The notes beneath the pieces are model-generated. The model was not told the origin of the DNA. It saw only the letters and a program-made list of their open reading frames with translations, and searched no databases. 64,000 nucleotides of DNA from the NCBI RefSeq assembly GCF_022846255.1, contig NZ_AP025682.1; one strand, written 5' to 3'. The number at the start of each line of letters is the position of its first letter. Position 1 is the first letter of the stretch. Shown here piece by piece: positions 30,709-40,700 of this stretch. The translations under genes were made by a program, and so were the position numbers. The DNA comes from Escherichia coli. GTDB lineage: Bacteria > Pseudomonadota > Gammaproteobacteria > Enterobacterales > Enterobacteriaceae.

Positions 30709-30713
30709 CACCG

Positions 30714-31574
30714 ATGGTACAGGTTACGCTTTGCGCATCGTCGTTGGGATATCTTTTCCCGCAGAATGAAACGCAAGATTTACGTCTACATAGCGCTTTT
30801 AAACATGCGGTAAATCTGTATTCAGACGCGGGAACATTCATCACTCTGTTGTGTGCGCAAACGTATCTGAATCTCCCTGATGCAGCCAGAGTCTGGCTAC
30901 CTGAATGTTGGGACTGGCGAAGAGAGATTGCCCATTCAGATCCCATTCAGTTAACCCCAGGCTTACTGCGGACACCTCGATTTTGTGTGGCGCTCGAAAA
31001 CGCAACGCTCTGGCAGTCGCCATTTGTGGGGGGAATGCTGACACTTGAGGCATTCCCTTTGGTTTTCCAGCACTACCCAACGATGGCATCGCAACGGCTT
31101 TTATTTTGTCTGGAACATAACGTTCAAAGCACATTGCACCTGCCGGATAGTCTCACGCACCAGGGATTAGCGATTATGGAGCATCCAGATGCGCTGGAAC
31201 GCCAGGTGCCACAACTGATCGGCTTTGGTAAAGGCTTAACGCCCGATGGAGATGACTATTTGTTGGGCTATCTGGCAGCACTCTGGTTATGGCAACTCCC
31301 TGCACCACTTGCCGATCATCAATACCGGTTGCAGCAGGTAATTGATCAACATGCGCACAACACCACGGATATCAGTCGTCATTATCTGGAGCGTGCGCTT
31401 CAGGGACATTTTTCAGAACCGATTTGCCAGTTACTCGCACAACTGGTTGGGAGTGCATCGGCAATGACAATCGCATCCTGTGCAGAACAGGTCATGCAAT
31501 TTGGCGCAACGTCAGGAGTAGATTGCCTTGCAGGAATGCTGCATGGCTTTCGAACCCTGAACACCATGAATTGA
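30714..31574 (+). CDS. hypothetical protein, possibly YlbF/DUF2877-like
   Basis: 286-aa ORF 6 nt after the hydrolase stop; family guess rests on synteny with FdrA-like and DUF1116-like genes, not on motif recognition. Confidence 0.55.
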   Translation: MVQVTLCASSLGYLFPQNETQDLRLHSAFKHAVNLYSDAGTFITLLCAQTYLNLPDAARVWLPECWDWRREIAHSDPIQLTPGLLRTPRFCVALENATLWQSPFVGGMLTLEAFPLVFQHYPTMASQRLLFCLEHNVQSTLHLPDSLTHQGLAIMEHPDALERQVPQLIGFGKGLTPDGDDYLLGYLAALWLWQLPAPLADHQYRLQQVIDQHAHNTTDISRHYLERALQGHFSEPICQLLAQLVGSASAMTIASCAEQVMQFGATSGVDCLAGMLHGFRTLNTMN

Positions 31575-31668
31575 TTTCAACCTTTTCTCCCGTAGCCCGT
31601 TTATGGGGCTACACGGGGATGCTTTGCCCGAATTTTGCTATCGGGCGGAATGAAACAGGCGTAACAGC

Positions 31669-33228
31669 ATGAAAGTTAAATATAAAGTTTTCAGTAATCT
31701 TTATCAGGACTCAGTTTCTCTGATGCAGATTTCCGCGCAAATCAGCAAGTTGCCCGGTATTCAACAGGCCTCGGTCGTCATGGGAACACCCAATAATCTC
31801 GAGCAATTGAGCGATGCGGGTCTGGGTAACGAAATCAACGCCAGTCCCAATGATTTAGTGATTGCAGTCATGGGTGAAGAAGATATTTGCAATGAAGCAC
31901 TGGTACTGGCCCAGCAACGTCTGACCAGCAAACCCGATGATGAAACGGATAGTGGCATTAAAACACCGGAAAAGGTCAGCCTGGAAATGGCACTGGAAGC
32001 CGAGCCCGAAGCCAACCTGGCACTCATTTCTGTACCGGGAGACTACGCCGCCGCCGAAGCAATTAAAGCGTTAAACCTCGGAATGAACGTGATGATGTTC
32101 AGCGATAACGTCAGTATCGTGCAGGAAAAATCCATCAAAACGCTTGCCCGAGAACGTCAGCGCATCGTAATGGGACCTGACTGTGGAACCGCCATTGTTA
32201 ACGGCATTCCGTTAGGCTTCGCTAATGTGGTGAAACGCGGAGCAATTGGTGTTATTGGCGCGTCAGGCACCGGGCTACAGGAAGTGACTTGCCGAATCGA
32301 CCAGCTCGGAGCGGGTATTTCTCAGGCGTTGGGAACAGGCGGACATGATCTCAGTGAAGAGATTGGTGGAATATCGATGCTCTTCGCTTTAGATGCGCTG
32401 GCGCAAGACGATGAAACTCGCGTGATTGTGCTTATTTCAAAACCGCCTTCACCGATCGTTGCCCGGACTATTCTGGAGCGTGCCGAGGCTTGTGGAAAAC
32501 CCGTGGTGGTGAATTTCCTCGGTGCGAATCCGCATGATCTGGCACGTCCCAATATCACCGCGGCCACCACACTTGCCAGCGCCGCAAATATCGCCGTGGC
32601 GTTACTGAATGATCAACCACTTCCGACTATCGAGACCGAAATTTCCTGCGACGATCTCACAATGTTACAAAACGCCTGCCAGCGCCTGCCAGCCCATCGC
32701 CAGGCGATACGCGGTGTTTTCGCCGGAGGAACCTTCTGCTACGAAGCGCAACTTATCTGCCAACAAAAGGGATTCATCGCAGCCTCCAATACGCCAGTTG
32801 CGGGTAATCGTGCTCTGGCAAATATCTGGCAAATCGAAGATCACACGTTGATCGATATGGGCGACGATGATTTCACCCGTGGCAAACCGCATCCAATGAT
32901 CGACCCGACTCTGCGCAATCAACGTCTGCTCAACGAACTCAACGACTCACACACTGCCGTCGTGTTATTCGACCTGGTACTTGGTTATGGCGCTTCCACG
33001 ACGCCTGCCAGCGAATTACTGGACCAACTTTCACACATCGACATGAATAACGCACCGTTGCTGATTGCGCACGTTTGCGGAACGGAAGCTGATCCGCAAA
33101 TACGCAGTCAGCAGATAAGCGCACTACAAAATGCAGGGGTCATCATCGCCAGCAGCAATGCACAGGCGGCGCTATGGGCCAGCACCGTTGCACAGACTCA
33201 GTTGCAGAAAAAGGGGCTAAACGCATGA
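31669..33228 (+). CDS. FdrA-like protein (acyl-CoA synthetase/succinyl-CoA synthetase alpha-like, NAD(P)-binding)
   Basis: 519 aa; shares FQDSVSLM, VMGTP, LALISVPG.YAA, NVMMFSDNV, MGPDCGT, GVIGASGTG, GKPHPMIDPTLRNQ with E. coli FdrA as I recall it. Confidence 0.82.
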   Translation: MKVKYKVFSNLYQDSVSLMQISAQISKLPGIQQASVVMGTPNNLEQLSDAGLGNEINASPNDLVIAVMGEEDICNEALVLAQQRLTSKPDDETDSGIKTPEKVSLEMALEAEPEANLALISVPGDYAAAEAIKALNLGMNVMMFSDNVSIVQEKSIKTLARERQRIVMGPDCGTAIVNGIPLGFANVVKRGAIGVIGASGTGLQEVTCRIDQLGAGISQALGTGGHDLSEEIGGISMLFALDALAQDDETRVIVLISKPPSPIVARTILERAEACGKPVVVNFLGANPHDLARPNITAATTLASAANIAVALLNDQPLPTIETEISCDDLTMLQNACQRLPAHRQAIRGVFAGGTFCYEAQLICQQKGFIAASNTPVAGNRALANIWQIEDHTLIDMGDDDFTRGKPHPMIDPTLRNQRLLNELNDSHTAVVLFDLVLGYGASTTPASELLDQLSHIDMNNAPLLIAHVCGTEADPQIRSQQISALQNAGVIIASSNAQAALWASTVAQTQLQKKGLNA

Positions 33229-34649
33229 ATACCTTATTTAATCAGCCTTTGAAGGTCGTGAACGCGGGACTACACAGTTTTGCTGACAATATTCAACATG
33301 CCGGGGGAAGCGCAATTGCACTCAACTGGCAGCCACCAGCACAAGGCGATATTGACGCTGGATTGGATCTGGCATCGTTGCTACGTCATCCCCTGGTAGA
33401 AAATGCCAACCAAATCGCCATGACACGTTATCTCGAAGCACAGCCCGTGCTGGTGGATGTCATGCTCGCTAAAGAGGCCATTCCAGCAATGGCTGAACAA
33501 AAACGTATTTTGCACTCTGGCCCGCCGATTGCCTGGGAAGAGATGTGTGGTCCGGTAAAAGGGGCGATTATTGGTGCCATGCTGTACGAAGGTTGGGCCA
33601 CCAGCCAGCAAGACGCTGAAAACCAAATAAACGCAGGCGAAATCGACCTTGCCCCTTGTCATCATTATCACGCGGTTGGCCCAATGGCAGGCATCATCAG
33701 CCCGTCGATGCCGTTATGGGTGGTAGAAAACAAAACCAACGGCCATCGTACTTTTAGCAATTTCAATGAAGGGCTGGGTAAGGTTCTCCGTTTTGGCGCC
33801 AATAACGATGAAGTTCTCAATCGTCTGGCCTGGATGCGCGATGAACTGGCGCCGGCAATGAAAGCAGCAATCGCACAACACGGCGAGCTGGAACTCAAGC
33901 CATTAATGGCGCAGGCGCTGCATATGGGGGATGAAGTTCATAACCGCAATGCTGCCGCTACCGGTTTGCTGATTAAGCGCCTGCTCCCGGCATTGCTGGC
34001 CTGCTCTCTTCCACAGGAACATATCCAGCGCGTCGTGGCATTTATCACCGGTAACGATCACTTCTTCCTCAATCTTTCGATGGCCGCCTGTAAAGCAATG
34101 ATGGATGCCGCCGCCAATGTACCGTTCAGTTCAATGGTTACGGTGATGGCGCGTAACGGGGTGAATTTTGGTATTCGGCTTTCCGGTACTGGCGATCGCT
34201 GGTTCCAGGCTCCTGCCAATGCCGTTGAAGGTCTGTTCTTCCCCGGATTTGGCGTCGACGATGCCGCTGCTGACCTGGGTGATAGCGCAATTACTGAAAC
34301 CGCAGGTGTGGGTGGCTTCGCGATGGCGTCATCTCCAGCGATCGTCAAATTTGTGGGAGGCACCCCTGCCGATGCCACCAATAACAGCCGTAGGATGCAA
34401 GCAATCACCCTCGGTGGTAACCCCGCATTTACACTTCCTGCCCTCAATTTTGCCCCCACCGCAGCAGGGATTGATGCGCGTAAAGTGACCGATCGCGGCA
34501 TTTTACCGGTCATCAATACGGGTATCGCCCACAAACAAGCGGGGGTCGGGCAAATTGGTGCCGGGATCACCACTGCGCCGATGGCCTGTTTTGTCGCCGC
34601 TGTACGTGCACTGGCGGAGATCGTCGCAAAGGAGAACCATCATGGTTAA
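33225..34649 (+). CDS. DUF1116-family protein (YlbE-like)
   Basis: Start taken at MNTLFNQPLKVVNAG, whose ATG overlaps the fdrA-like stop (ATGA); ORF track starts 17 codons upstream. Family call by synteny and length. Confidence 0.7.
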   Translation: MNTLFNQPLKVVNAGLHSFADNIQHAGGSAIALNWQPPAQGDIDAGLDLASLLRHPLVENANQIAMTRYLEAQPVLVDVMLAKEAIPAMAEQKRILHSGPPIAWEEMCGPVKGAIIGAMLYEGWATSQQDAENQINAGEIDLAPCHHYHAVGPMAGIISPSMPLWVVENKTNGHRTFSNFNEGLGKVLRFGANNDEVLNRLAWMRDELAPAMKAAIAQHGELELKPLMAQALHMGDEVHNRNAAATGLLIKRLLPALLACSLPQEHIQRVVAFITGNDHFFLNLSMAACKAMMDAAANVPFSSMVTVMARNGVNFGIRLSGTGDRWFQAPANAVEGLFFPGFGVDDAAADLGDSAITETAGVGGFAMASSPAIVKFVGGTPADATNNSRRMQAITLGGNPAFTLPALNFAPTAAGIDARKVTDRGILPVINTGIAHKQAGVGQIGAGITTAPMACFVAAVRALAEIVAKENHHG

Positions 34650-35598
34650 GCCACTGGCTGTCGTCGCGGTTGGCGGCAATGCGCTCATTCAGGACGAGCA
34701 ACGCAATAGTATTCCCGATCAATATGTTGCAGTGATGGAAAGCGTGCAACATATCGTTGATATGGTTGAAGCCGGATGGGACCTGGTACTAACCCACGGT
34801 AATGGCCCGCAGGTGGGCTTTATTCTGCGCCGCTCTGAACTCGCCAGTAACGAAGTTTCTCCGGTTCCACTTGATTACGCCGTGGGTGATACACAAGGTG
34901 CAATTGGCTACATGTTCCAGAAAGCGCTGCATAACGAATTGGCTCGCCGTGGCATAAACAAACCGGTAATTGCCCTGGTGACACAAACGCGAGTCAGCCC
35001 ACATGACGATGCTTTCGCCAGCCCCAGTAAACCAATTGGCGCGTTTCTCGATGAAGCAACGGCCCAACAACGCCAACAACAACTCGGCTGGACGCTGATG
35101 GAGGACGCCGGGCGTGGTTGGCGGCGTACAGTTCCCTCTCCTGCACCACTGGAAATTATTGAGCACGACACCATCGCTCACCTGGTGCGCCAGGGATATC
35201 TGGTTATTGCCTGCGGCGGCGGCGGTATTCCGGTGGTGCGAGACGGGCAACAACTGAAAGGTGTGGAAGCCGTGATCGATAAAGATCTGGCCTCCGCGCT
35301 GCTCGCCAGTCAGTTAGGCGCAGATCTGCTGGTGATCCCCACCGGTGTAGAAAAAGTAGCGATTAACTTTGGTACACCACAACAACAGTGGCTCGACGCT
35401 ATCAGCGTTGCCGAAGCGCAAACGCTGTTGCGGGAAGGTCAGTTTGGTGTCGGCAGTATGCAACCCAAAGTGGAAGCCATTGTTGATTTCATCAATGCCA
35501 GCCAGCAACAAGGCAAACAGGCCAGCGGCCTGATTACTTCACCGCAAACCATAAAAGCAGCCCTGGCGCATCAGAGCGGTACATGGATAACCCTTTAA
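34642..35598 (+). CDS. carbamate kinase-like (amino acid kinase family, YqeA/ArcC-like)
   Basis: Start MVKPLAVVAVGGNALIQDEQRNS with RBS AAGGAGAA; amino-acid-kinase fold motifs (VAVGGNAL, THGNGPQVG, VIACGGGGIPV); overlaps the upstream stop by 8 nt. Confidence 0.82.
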   Translation: MVKPLAVVAVGGNALIQDEQRNSIPDQYVAVMESVQHIVDMVEAGWDLVLTHGNGPQVGFILRRSELASNEVSPVPLDYAVGDTQGAIGYMFQKALHNELARRGINKPVIALVTQTRVSPHDDAFASPSKPIGAFLDEATAQQRQQQLGWTLMEDAGRGWRRTVPSPAPLEIIEHDTIAHLVRQGYLVIACGGGGIPVVRDGQQLKGVEAVIDKDLASALLASQLGADLLVIPTGVEKVAINFGTPQQQWLDAISVAEAQTLLREGQFGVGSMQPKVEAIVDFINASQQQGKQASGLITSPQTIKAALAHQSGTWITL

Positions 35599-35614
35599 TT
35601 CTCTGGAGAACACA

Positions 35615-36004
35615 ATGACTACAACGCTTTTAGCCGTTAACGGAACGCTGATGCGCGGCCTGGAACTCAACCCAAATATGCAAAAAGCGGGCGGTATTTT
35701 TGTCCGTGAAGACCGAACTGACGCCCATTACCGGTTGTGGAGTATTAATGATCGCCATCCGGGAATGATTCGCGTGAATGAAGGAGGAACACACGTCGAC
35801 GTAGAAATTTGGCAATTACCGCTGGCCAGTTTTGCCGCTCTGTTAATGAGCGAACCCGCTGGGCTGGCAATTGGCAAAATCAAACTTGCCGATGGTAGCG
35901 AAGTGCTGGGCGTACTGGCAGAAAACTGGCTGACCGAAGGCCAACGGGAAATTACAGAACTGGGTAGCTGGCGCAAATACACCGGGCATTTTCATACTGT
36001 GTAA
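35615..36004 (+). CDS. small protein, probably gamma-glutamylcyclotransferase-like (AIG2/GGCT fold)
   Basis: 129 aa; family call is tentative, based on size and general resemblance to GGCT-like domains. Confidence 0.5.
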   Translation: MTTTLLAVNGTLMRGLELNPNMQKAGGIFVREDRTDAHYRLWSINDRHPGMIRVNEGGTHVDVEIWQLPLASFAALLMSEPAGLAIGKIKLADGSEVLGVLAENWLTEGQREITELGSWRKYTGHFHTV

Positions 36005-36029
36005 CGCGCATTTATAAAGGGAACATACT

Positions 36030-37253
36030 ATGCGTAAAAAAGAAGAGAATCTGAATACGGCATCAGGATTGCGTATTGCCATGATTTTGCTGGGTATTGC
36101 CGTCACACCTGTGCTGTTGTCATCCTCAAGCCTCGGCAATCAACTTTCCAGCGGCAGTTTAATTAGCGTCGTATTGTTAGGCGGCGTCATTCTGACCTTA
36201 CTTTCAGCCATCACCATTAGCGTGGGAGAAAAAGCCCGCCTGCCAACGTATGGCATTGTGAAATATTCGTTTGGCGAAAAAGGGGCCATCGCCATTAACA
36301 TTTTGATGGCGATAAGTCTGTTCGGCTGGATTGCCGTTACCGCCAATATGTTTGGTCATTCGGTACATGACTTACTGGCTCAACATGGACTGGAAGTTCC
36401 ACTGGCACTGTTAGTGGCGGCTGGCTGTGTCATTTTTGTCGCCTCTACGGCATTTGGCTTTGCCGTTCTGGGAAAAATTGCCCAGGTTGCCGTGCCGGTT
36501 ATCGCGCTGGTGCTGTGTTACATCCTCTATGTGGCAACCCATACCGAAGTGGCAGTACCAGCGGCGATTGTGGAGATGAATACAGGTGTCGCCGTTTCCA
36601 CCGTTGTTGGCACCATTATTGTGCTGGTTGCCACACTGCCTGATTTCGGTAGTTTTGTGCATAACCGCAAACATGCGCTGATTGCCGCAGGCGTGACGTT
36701 TCTGGTTGCCTACCCTCTGCTCTACTGGGCGGGTGCAACGCCGAGCGCCATTAGTGGTCAGGGATCTTTACTGGGTGCGATGGCGGTATTCGGTGCGGTT
36801 CTGCCTGCGGCGCTGTTGTTGATTTTCGCCTGCGTCACCGGTAACGCGGGCAATATGTTCCAGGGCACGCTGGTGGTTTCCACACTGCTTACCCGCTTTC
36901 CCAAATGGCAGATTACCGTGGCGCTGGGTATCCTTTCCGCCATCGTAGGCAGTATGGATATTATGGCGTGGTTTATTCCGTTTCTGCTGTTCCTGGGTAT
37001 CGCCACGCCACCCGTTGCCGGAATTTATATCGCTGACTTTTTCCTTTATCGCCGTAATGGCTATCAAGAGTCAGTGTTAGCCCAGGAGTCACAGATTAAA
37101 GTGCTGACATTCGCAGCATGGATCATAGGCGCAGCGGTTGGCTTTATGACCGTAAAAGGCTTATTCACCCTGACGACGATCCCTTCGGTAGACTCGATTC
37201 TGGTGGCATGTATCGCGTATGCGATTCTCAGTCGGGCAAGTCAACACCGCTAA
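36030..37253 (+). CDS. NCS1-family nucleobase permease (cytosine/purine permease CodB-like)
   Basis: 407-aa, ~12-TM protein with CodB-like length and hydrophobicity pattern. Confidence 0.7.
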   Translation: MRKKEENLNTASGLRIAMILLGIAVTPVLLSSSSLGNQLSSGSLISVVLLGGVILTLLSAITISVGEKARLPTYGIVKYSFGEKGAIAINILMAISLFGWIAVTANMFGHSVHDLLAQHGLEVPLALLVAAGCVIFVASTAFGFAVLGKIAQVAVPVIALVLCYILYVATHTEVAVPAAIVEMNTGVAVSTVVGTIIVLVATLPDFGSFVHNRKHALIAAGVTFLVAYPLLYWAGATPSAISGQGSLLGAMAVFGAVLPAALLLIFACVTGNAGNMFQGTLVVSTLLTRFPKWQITVALGILSAIVGSMDIMAWFIPFLLFLGIATPPVAGIYIADFFLYRRNGYQESVLAQESQIKVLTFAAWIIGAAVGFMTVKGLFTLTTIPSVDSILVACIAYAILSRASQHR

Positions 37254-37330
37254 TTCCTGGGTATACTCAGGCAATGATTACGGCTGAATCTGGAGAGATT
37301 CAGCCACTTTACCACTGACCAGGGAGCCTT

Positions 37331-38227
37331 ATGTTCATCTCAGACGAAACGCTTCGTGTTATTCATCTGGTCGCCAGACACCAGAGCATTACCACCGCAG
37401 CCGAGCAGTTAAATAAAGTCCCTTCCGCCATCAGTTACACCATCAAGAAAGCGGAAGAGAGCCTGGGCGTTGAACTGTTCATTCGTAAGGGACGCTATAT
37501 TGAATTATCGCCAGCGGGAAGTTACTTCATCGAACATAGCAAAACTATTCTTGGCGACCTGGAAGCATTAAAGCGCAACACAGTGCTGATTCACGATGGT
37601 ATTGAGCGTGAACTGACAATAGCGGTAAACAATATTATTCCTGGTGATTTGCTGGTGGCATTTATTCGAGATTTTGAACGGCAATTCACATCAACAACAC
37701 TGACGGTAGATCTTGAGGTATACAACGGCTGCTGGGATGCGCTGTACAGTAAGCGTGCTGATCTGGTCTACGGTGCTCCTCATGCAGTACCAAGCAGTGA
37801 AGGCATCATTAGCGAACCGGTCGGACAAATGGAATGGGATTTTGTCGTCAGCCCACTCCACCCACTGGCAGCGAAGCGGCATCCATTAGAAAACAGTGAA
37901 TTGCGTCATTATCCAGCGGTTTGTATCCGCGATACCTCCGTTAACTTCCCCCCGATGCAAGCCTGGTTGTTGGAAGGACAAAAACCCATTTTTGTTCCTG
38001 ACTTCGCTACGGCAATCGCCTTAATAGAACAAAACGTCGGTATTGGTTATATTCCACATCATCTGGCATTGCCGTTATTGAACAGCGGTAAATTGCTTAA
38101 AAAGCCAATGCGCGAACATAAACACGCCACCAAGTTATTTCTTGCCGCTCGTTCCGATGGTATGGGCAAAGCCTGTCAGTGGTGCATAGAATATTTAAGA
38201 AATCCGCAATTAATTTTCTGTTCCTGA
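37331..38227 (+). CDS. LysR-family transcriptional regulator
   Basis: 298 aa; N-terminal HTH (LRVIHLVARHQSITTAAEQLNKVPSAISYTIKKAEESLGVELFIR). Confidence 0.88.
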   Translation: MFISDETLRVIHLVARHQSITTAAEQLNKVPSAISYTIKKAEESLGVELFIRKGRYIELSPAGSYFIEHSKTILGDLEALKRNTVLIHDGIERELTIAVNNIIPGDLLVAFIRDFERQFTSTTLTVDLEVYNGCWDALYSKRADLVYGAPHAVPSSEGIISEPVGQMEWDFVVSPLHPLAAKRHPLENSELRHYPAVCIRDTSVNFPPMQAWLLEGQKPIFVPDFATAIALIEQNVGIGYIPHHLALPLLNSGKLLKKPMREHKHATKLFLAARSDGMGKACQWCIEYLRNPQLIFCS

Positions 38228-38250
38228 AGATCCACATCATACCTGGCATA

Positions 38251-38284
38251 CATAGCAAAATGGCTTCCGGTGTTGGAAGCCATT
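38251..38284 (-). terminator. rho-independent terminator of metE (hairpin also closes the LysR gene on the other strand)
   Basis: AATGGCTTCC-GGTGTT-GGAAGCCATT 10-bp stem; on the minus strand it is followed by TTTTGCTATG. Confidence 0.7.
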
Positions 38285-38320
38285 ATTGTGCTGCAATTTA
38301 CAATGACTCGTTAATACTCA

Positions 38321-40582
38321 TCATCCCCGACGCAAATTCTGCGCCGCCTGCACCATGTTCGCCAGTGCCGCGCGGGTTTCTGGCCAGCCGCGCGTTTTCA
38401 GGCCACAGTCCGGGTTGACCCACAGACGCTCTGCCGGAATGCGTTTTGCCGCTTTCTTCAGCAAGGCTTCAATCCATTCCACGCTCGGTACGTTTGGCGA
38501 GTGAATGTCATAGACGCCAGGACCGATTTCATTTGGATAATCAAACTCTTCAAACGACTCCAGCAACTCCATGTCGGAACGCGAGGTTTCGATGGTGATG
38601 ACGTCTGCGTCCAGCGCCGCAATCGAATCCATGATGTCGTTGAACTCGCAGTAACACATGTGAGTGTGGATTTGTGTGTCATCTTTCGCCACGGCGGCGT
38701 TGATACGGAAAGCCTCCACGCCCCACTGGAGATAGGCATCCCAGTCGCTGCGACGCAGTGGTAAACCTTCGCGCAATGCCGGTTCGTCAATCTGAATGAT
38801 GCCAATTCCAGCGGCTTCCAGGTCCGCCACTTCATCACGCAGCGCCAGCGCAATTTGTTTGGCGATGGTTTCACGGCTGACATCTTCACGCGGGAACGAC
38901 CAGCAGAGAATAGTCACCGGGCCGGTCAACATCCCTTTCACCGGTTTATCAGTCAGGGATTGCGCATATTTTGCCCACTCCACGGTAATCGGTGCCGGGC
39001 GGCTAACGTCACCAATAACAATCGGTGGCTTCACGCAGCGGGAACCGTAGCTCTGTACCCAACCGTTTTGCGTAAAGACAAAGCCATCCAGATGCTCGCC
39101 AAAGTATTCCACCATGTCATTACGCTCGGCCTCGCCATGTACCAGCACATCCAGTCCCAAACGTTCCTGCTCAACAATGGCCTGCTTGATATGTTCCGCA
39201 ATGCCCGTGCGGTAGTTATTGGCGTCGAGATTACCCTTTTTGAAATCCAGACGCAGGGTACGAATCTCCGTGGTTTGCGGGAAGGAACCAATCGTGGTGG
39301 TCGGCCACGCGGGCAGTTTAAAACGCGCACGCTGGGCTTCAGCACGCACTTCATAGACATTCGCACGCTGACTGTCCTGAGCGGTGATCGCCGCCAGACG
39401 CTTTTCTACTGCCGGATTATGTACACGAGTAGAGTGACGACGCGCCTGAATCGGAGCGCTCCACTCTGCCAGAGCTGCCGTATCACCACTGTTCAGCGTA
39501 TCGCGCAGCAATGCCAGTTCATGACATTTTTGCAGGGCGAAGGCAAACCAGCTTTTCACTTCTGCATCAAGACGCGTTTCCACGCTCAGGTCGATGGGGC
39601 TGTGCAGCAACGAGCAGGAAGATGCCACCCACAAATCGCGTTTGCCGACAATGTCCTTAATTTGCGCATATTTCTCGGTAAGATCGGCGCGCCAGACGTT
39701 ACGACCATTGATAAGACCCGCAGACAGCAGCCAGTCAGAAGGCAGACGCTTGTGCAGTTCAGCAACGTCATCTTTACCATGTACGAGATCGACATGCAGA
39801 CCCTGAACAGGCAGCGCAGTAATCGTGTCGAGGTTTGGCGTTACGCCTTCAAAATAGGTAGTCAGCAGCAGTTTCACCTGCCCCTGCAGAGCATCGTAAG
39901 CGGGTTTGTACGCATCCAGCCACGCCTGCGGCAGTTCCAGAACCAGCGCGGGTTCATCAATCTGTACCCACTCGATGCCGCGTTTTGCCAGTTCTGCCAG
40001 CACTTGCTGATAAACCGGCAGAATGTCGTTCAGCAGGCTCAGGCGATCAAACTGTTCACCTTTCACTTTACCCAGCCACAGGTAGGTAACCGGCCCCAGC
40101 AGCACAGGTTTCACCTTGTGGCCCAGCGCCAGCGCCTCGTCCACTTCCTCCAGCAGCTGCGTCCAGGTCAGTTTGAACTGTTGGCCTTTAACGAACTCCG
40201 GCACCATGTAGTGATAGTTGGTGTTAAACCATTTGGTCATTTCCGCTGCCGCCGCAGGTTCGCCAGTCGGTGCACGTCCACGACCAATACGGAACAGGGT
40301 GTCGATATCTACCGAACCATCTTTGTTCTGGTGACGCGCCGGAACGTTACCCAGCAGCAGGCTGGTGGTCAGGACATGATCGTACCAGGCAAAATCACCC
40401 ACCGGCAGCAGGTCGATACCTGCTTGCTTTTGTTGATCCCAGTGACGAGCACGCAGTTCACGCCCTACCGCCAGCAGTTCTTCACGCGTGGAGTTCCCCG
40501 CCCAATAACTCTCTTGCGCTTTTTTCAGCTCGCGACGCAGGCCAACGCGAGGGAAACCGAGGGTGTGATTAAGAATTGTCAT
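38321..40582 (-). CDS. metE: cobalamin-independent methionine synthase
   Basis: 753-aa [32 protein letters not shown]... Confidence 0.96.
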   Translation of the reverse strand: MTILNHTLGFPRVGLRRELKKAQESYWAGNSTREELLAVGRELRARHWDQQKQAGIDLLPVGDFAWYDHVLTTSLLLGNVPARHQNKDGSVDIDTLFRIGRGRAPTGEPAAAAEMTKWFNTNYHYMVPEFVKGQQFKLTWTQLLEEVDEALALGHKVKPVLLGPVTYLWLGKVKGEQFDRLSLLNDILPVYQQVLAELAKRGIEWVQIDEPALVLELPQAWLDAYKPAYDALQGQVKLLLTTYFEGVTPNLDTITALPVQGLHVDLVHGKDDVAELHKRLPSDWLLSAGLINGRNVWRADLTEKYAQIKDIVGKRDLWVASSCSLLHSPIDLSVETRLDAEVKSWFAFALQKCHELALLRDTLNSGDTAALAEWSAPIQARRHSTRVHNPAVEKRLAAITAQDSQRANVYEVRAEAQRARFKLPAWPTTTIGSFPQTTEIRTLRLDFKKGNLDANNYRTGIAEHIKQAIVEQERLGLDVLVHGEAERNDMVEYFGEHLDGFVFTQNGWVQSYGSRCVKPPIVIGDVSRPAPITVEWAKYAQSLTDKPVKGMLTGPVTILCWSFPREDVSRETIAKQIALALRDEVADLEAAGIGIIQIDEPALREGLPLRRSDWDAYLQWGVEAFRINAAVAKDDTQIHTHMCYCEFNDIMDSIAALDADVITIETSRSDMELLESFEEFDYPNEIGPGVYDIHSPNVPSVEWIEALLKKAAKRIPAERLWVNPDCGLKTRGWPETRAALANMVQAAQNLRRG

Positions 40583-40687
40583 TATATGCCCCTTATGGAA
40601 TTTTTAGTATTTAGCCGTCCAGATGTTTACACATCCATAATTGGCGGTTACTGTATATTCCTCAAGCGCAAATTATTCATGCCGAAG

Positions 40688-40700
40688 TGAAGGACTTTCA
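40688..40700. promoter_or_regulatory. MetR-consensus-like palindrome TGAAGGACTTTCA (TGAA-N5-TTCA) at the metR start
   Basis: Seen in sequence within the metE-metR divergent region; real operator positions not verified. Confidence 0.4.

Noticed and set aside
38855-40690. 611-aa plus-strand ORF lying antisense across almost the whole of metE
   Set aside because: Fully contained in the opposite strand of a well-recognised, highly conserved gene; stop-free antisense frames are a common by-product of codon bias in long, highly expressed genes. No independent support.
40583-40699. Possible riboswitch or MetJ boxes in the metE-metR intergenic region
   Set aside because: I could not identify convincing tandem AGACGTCT-like MetJ boxes by eye, and E. 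coli metE is not known to carry a riboswitch; only the MetR-consensus-like palindrome is reported, at low confidence.
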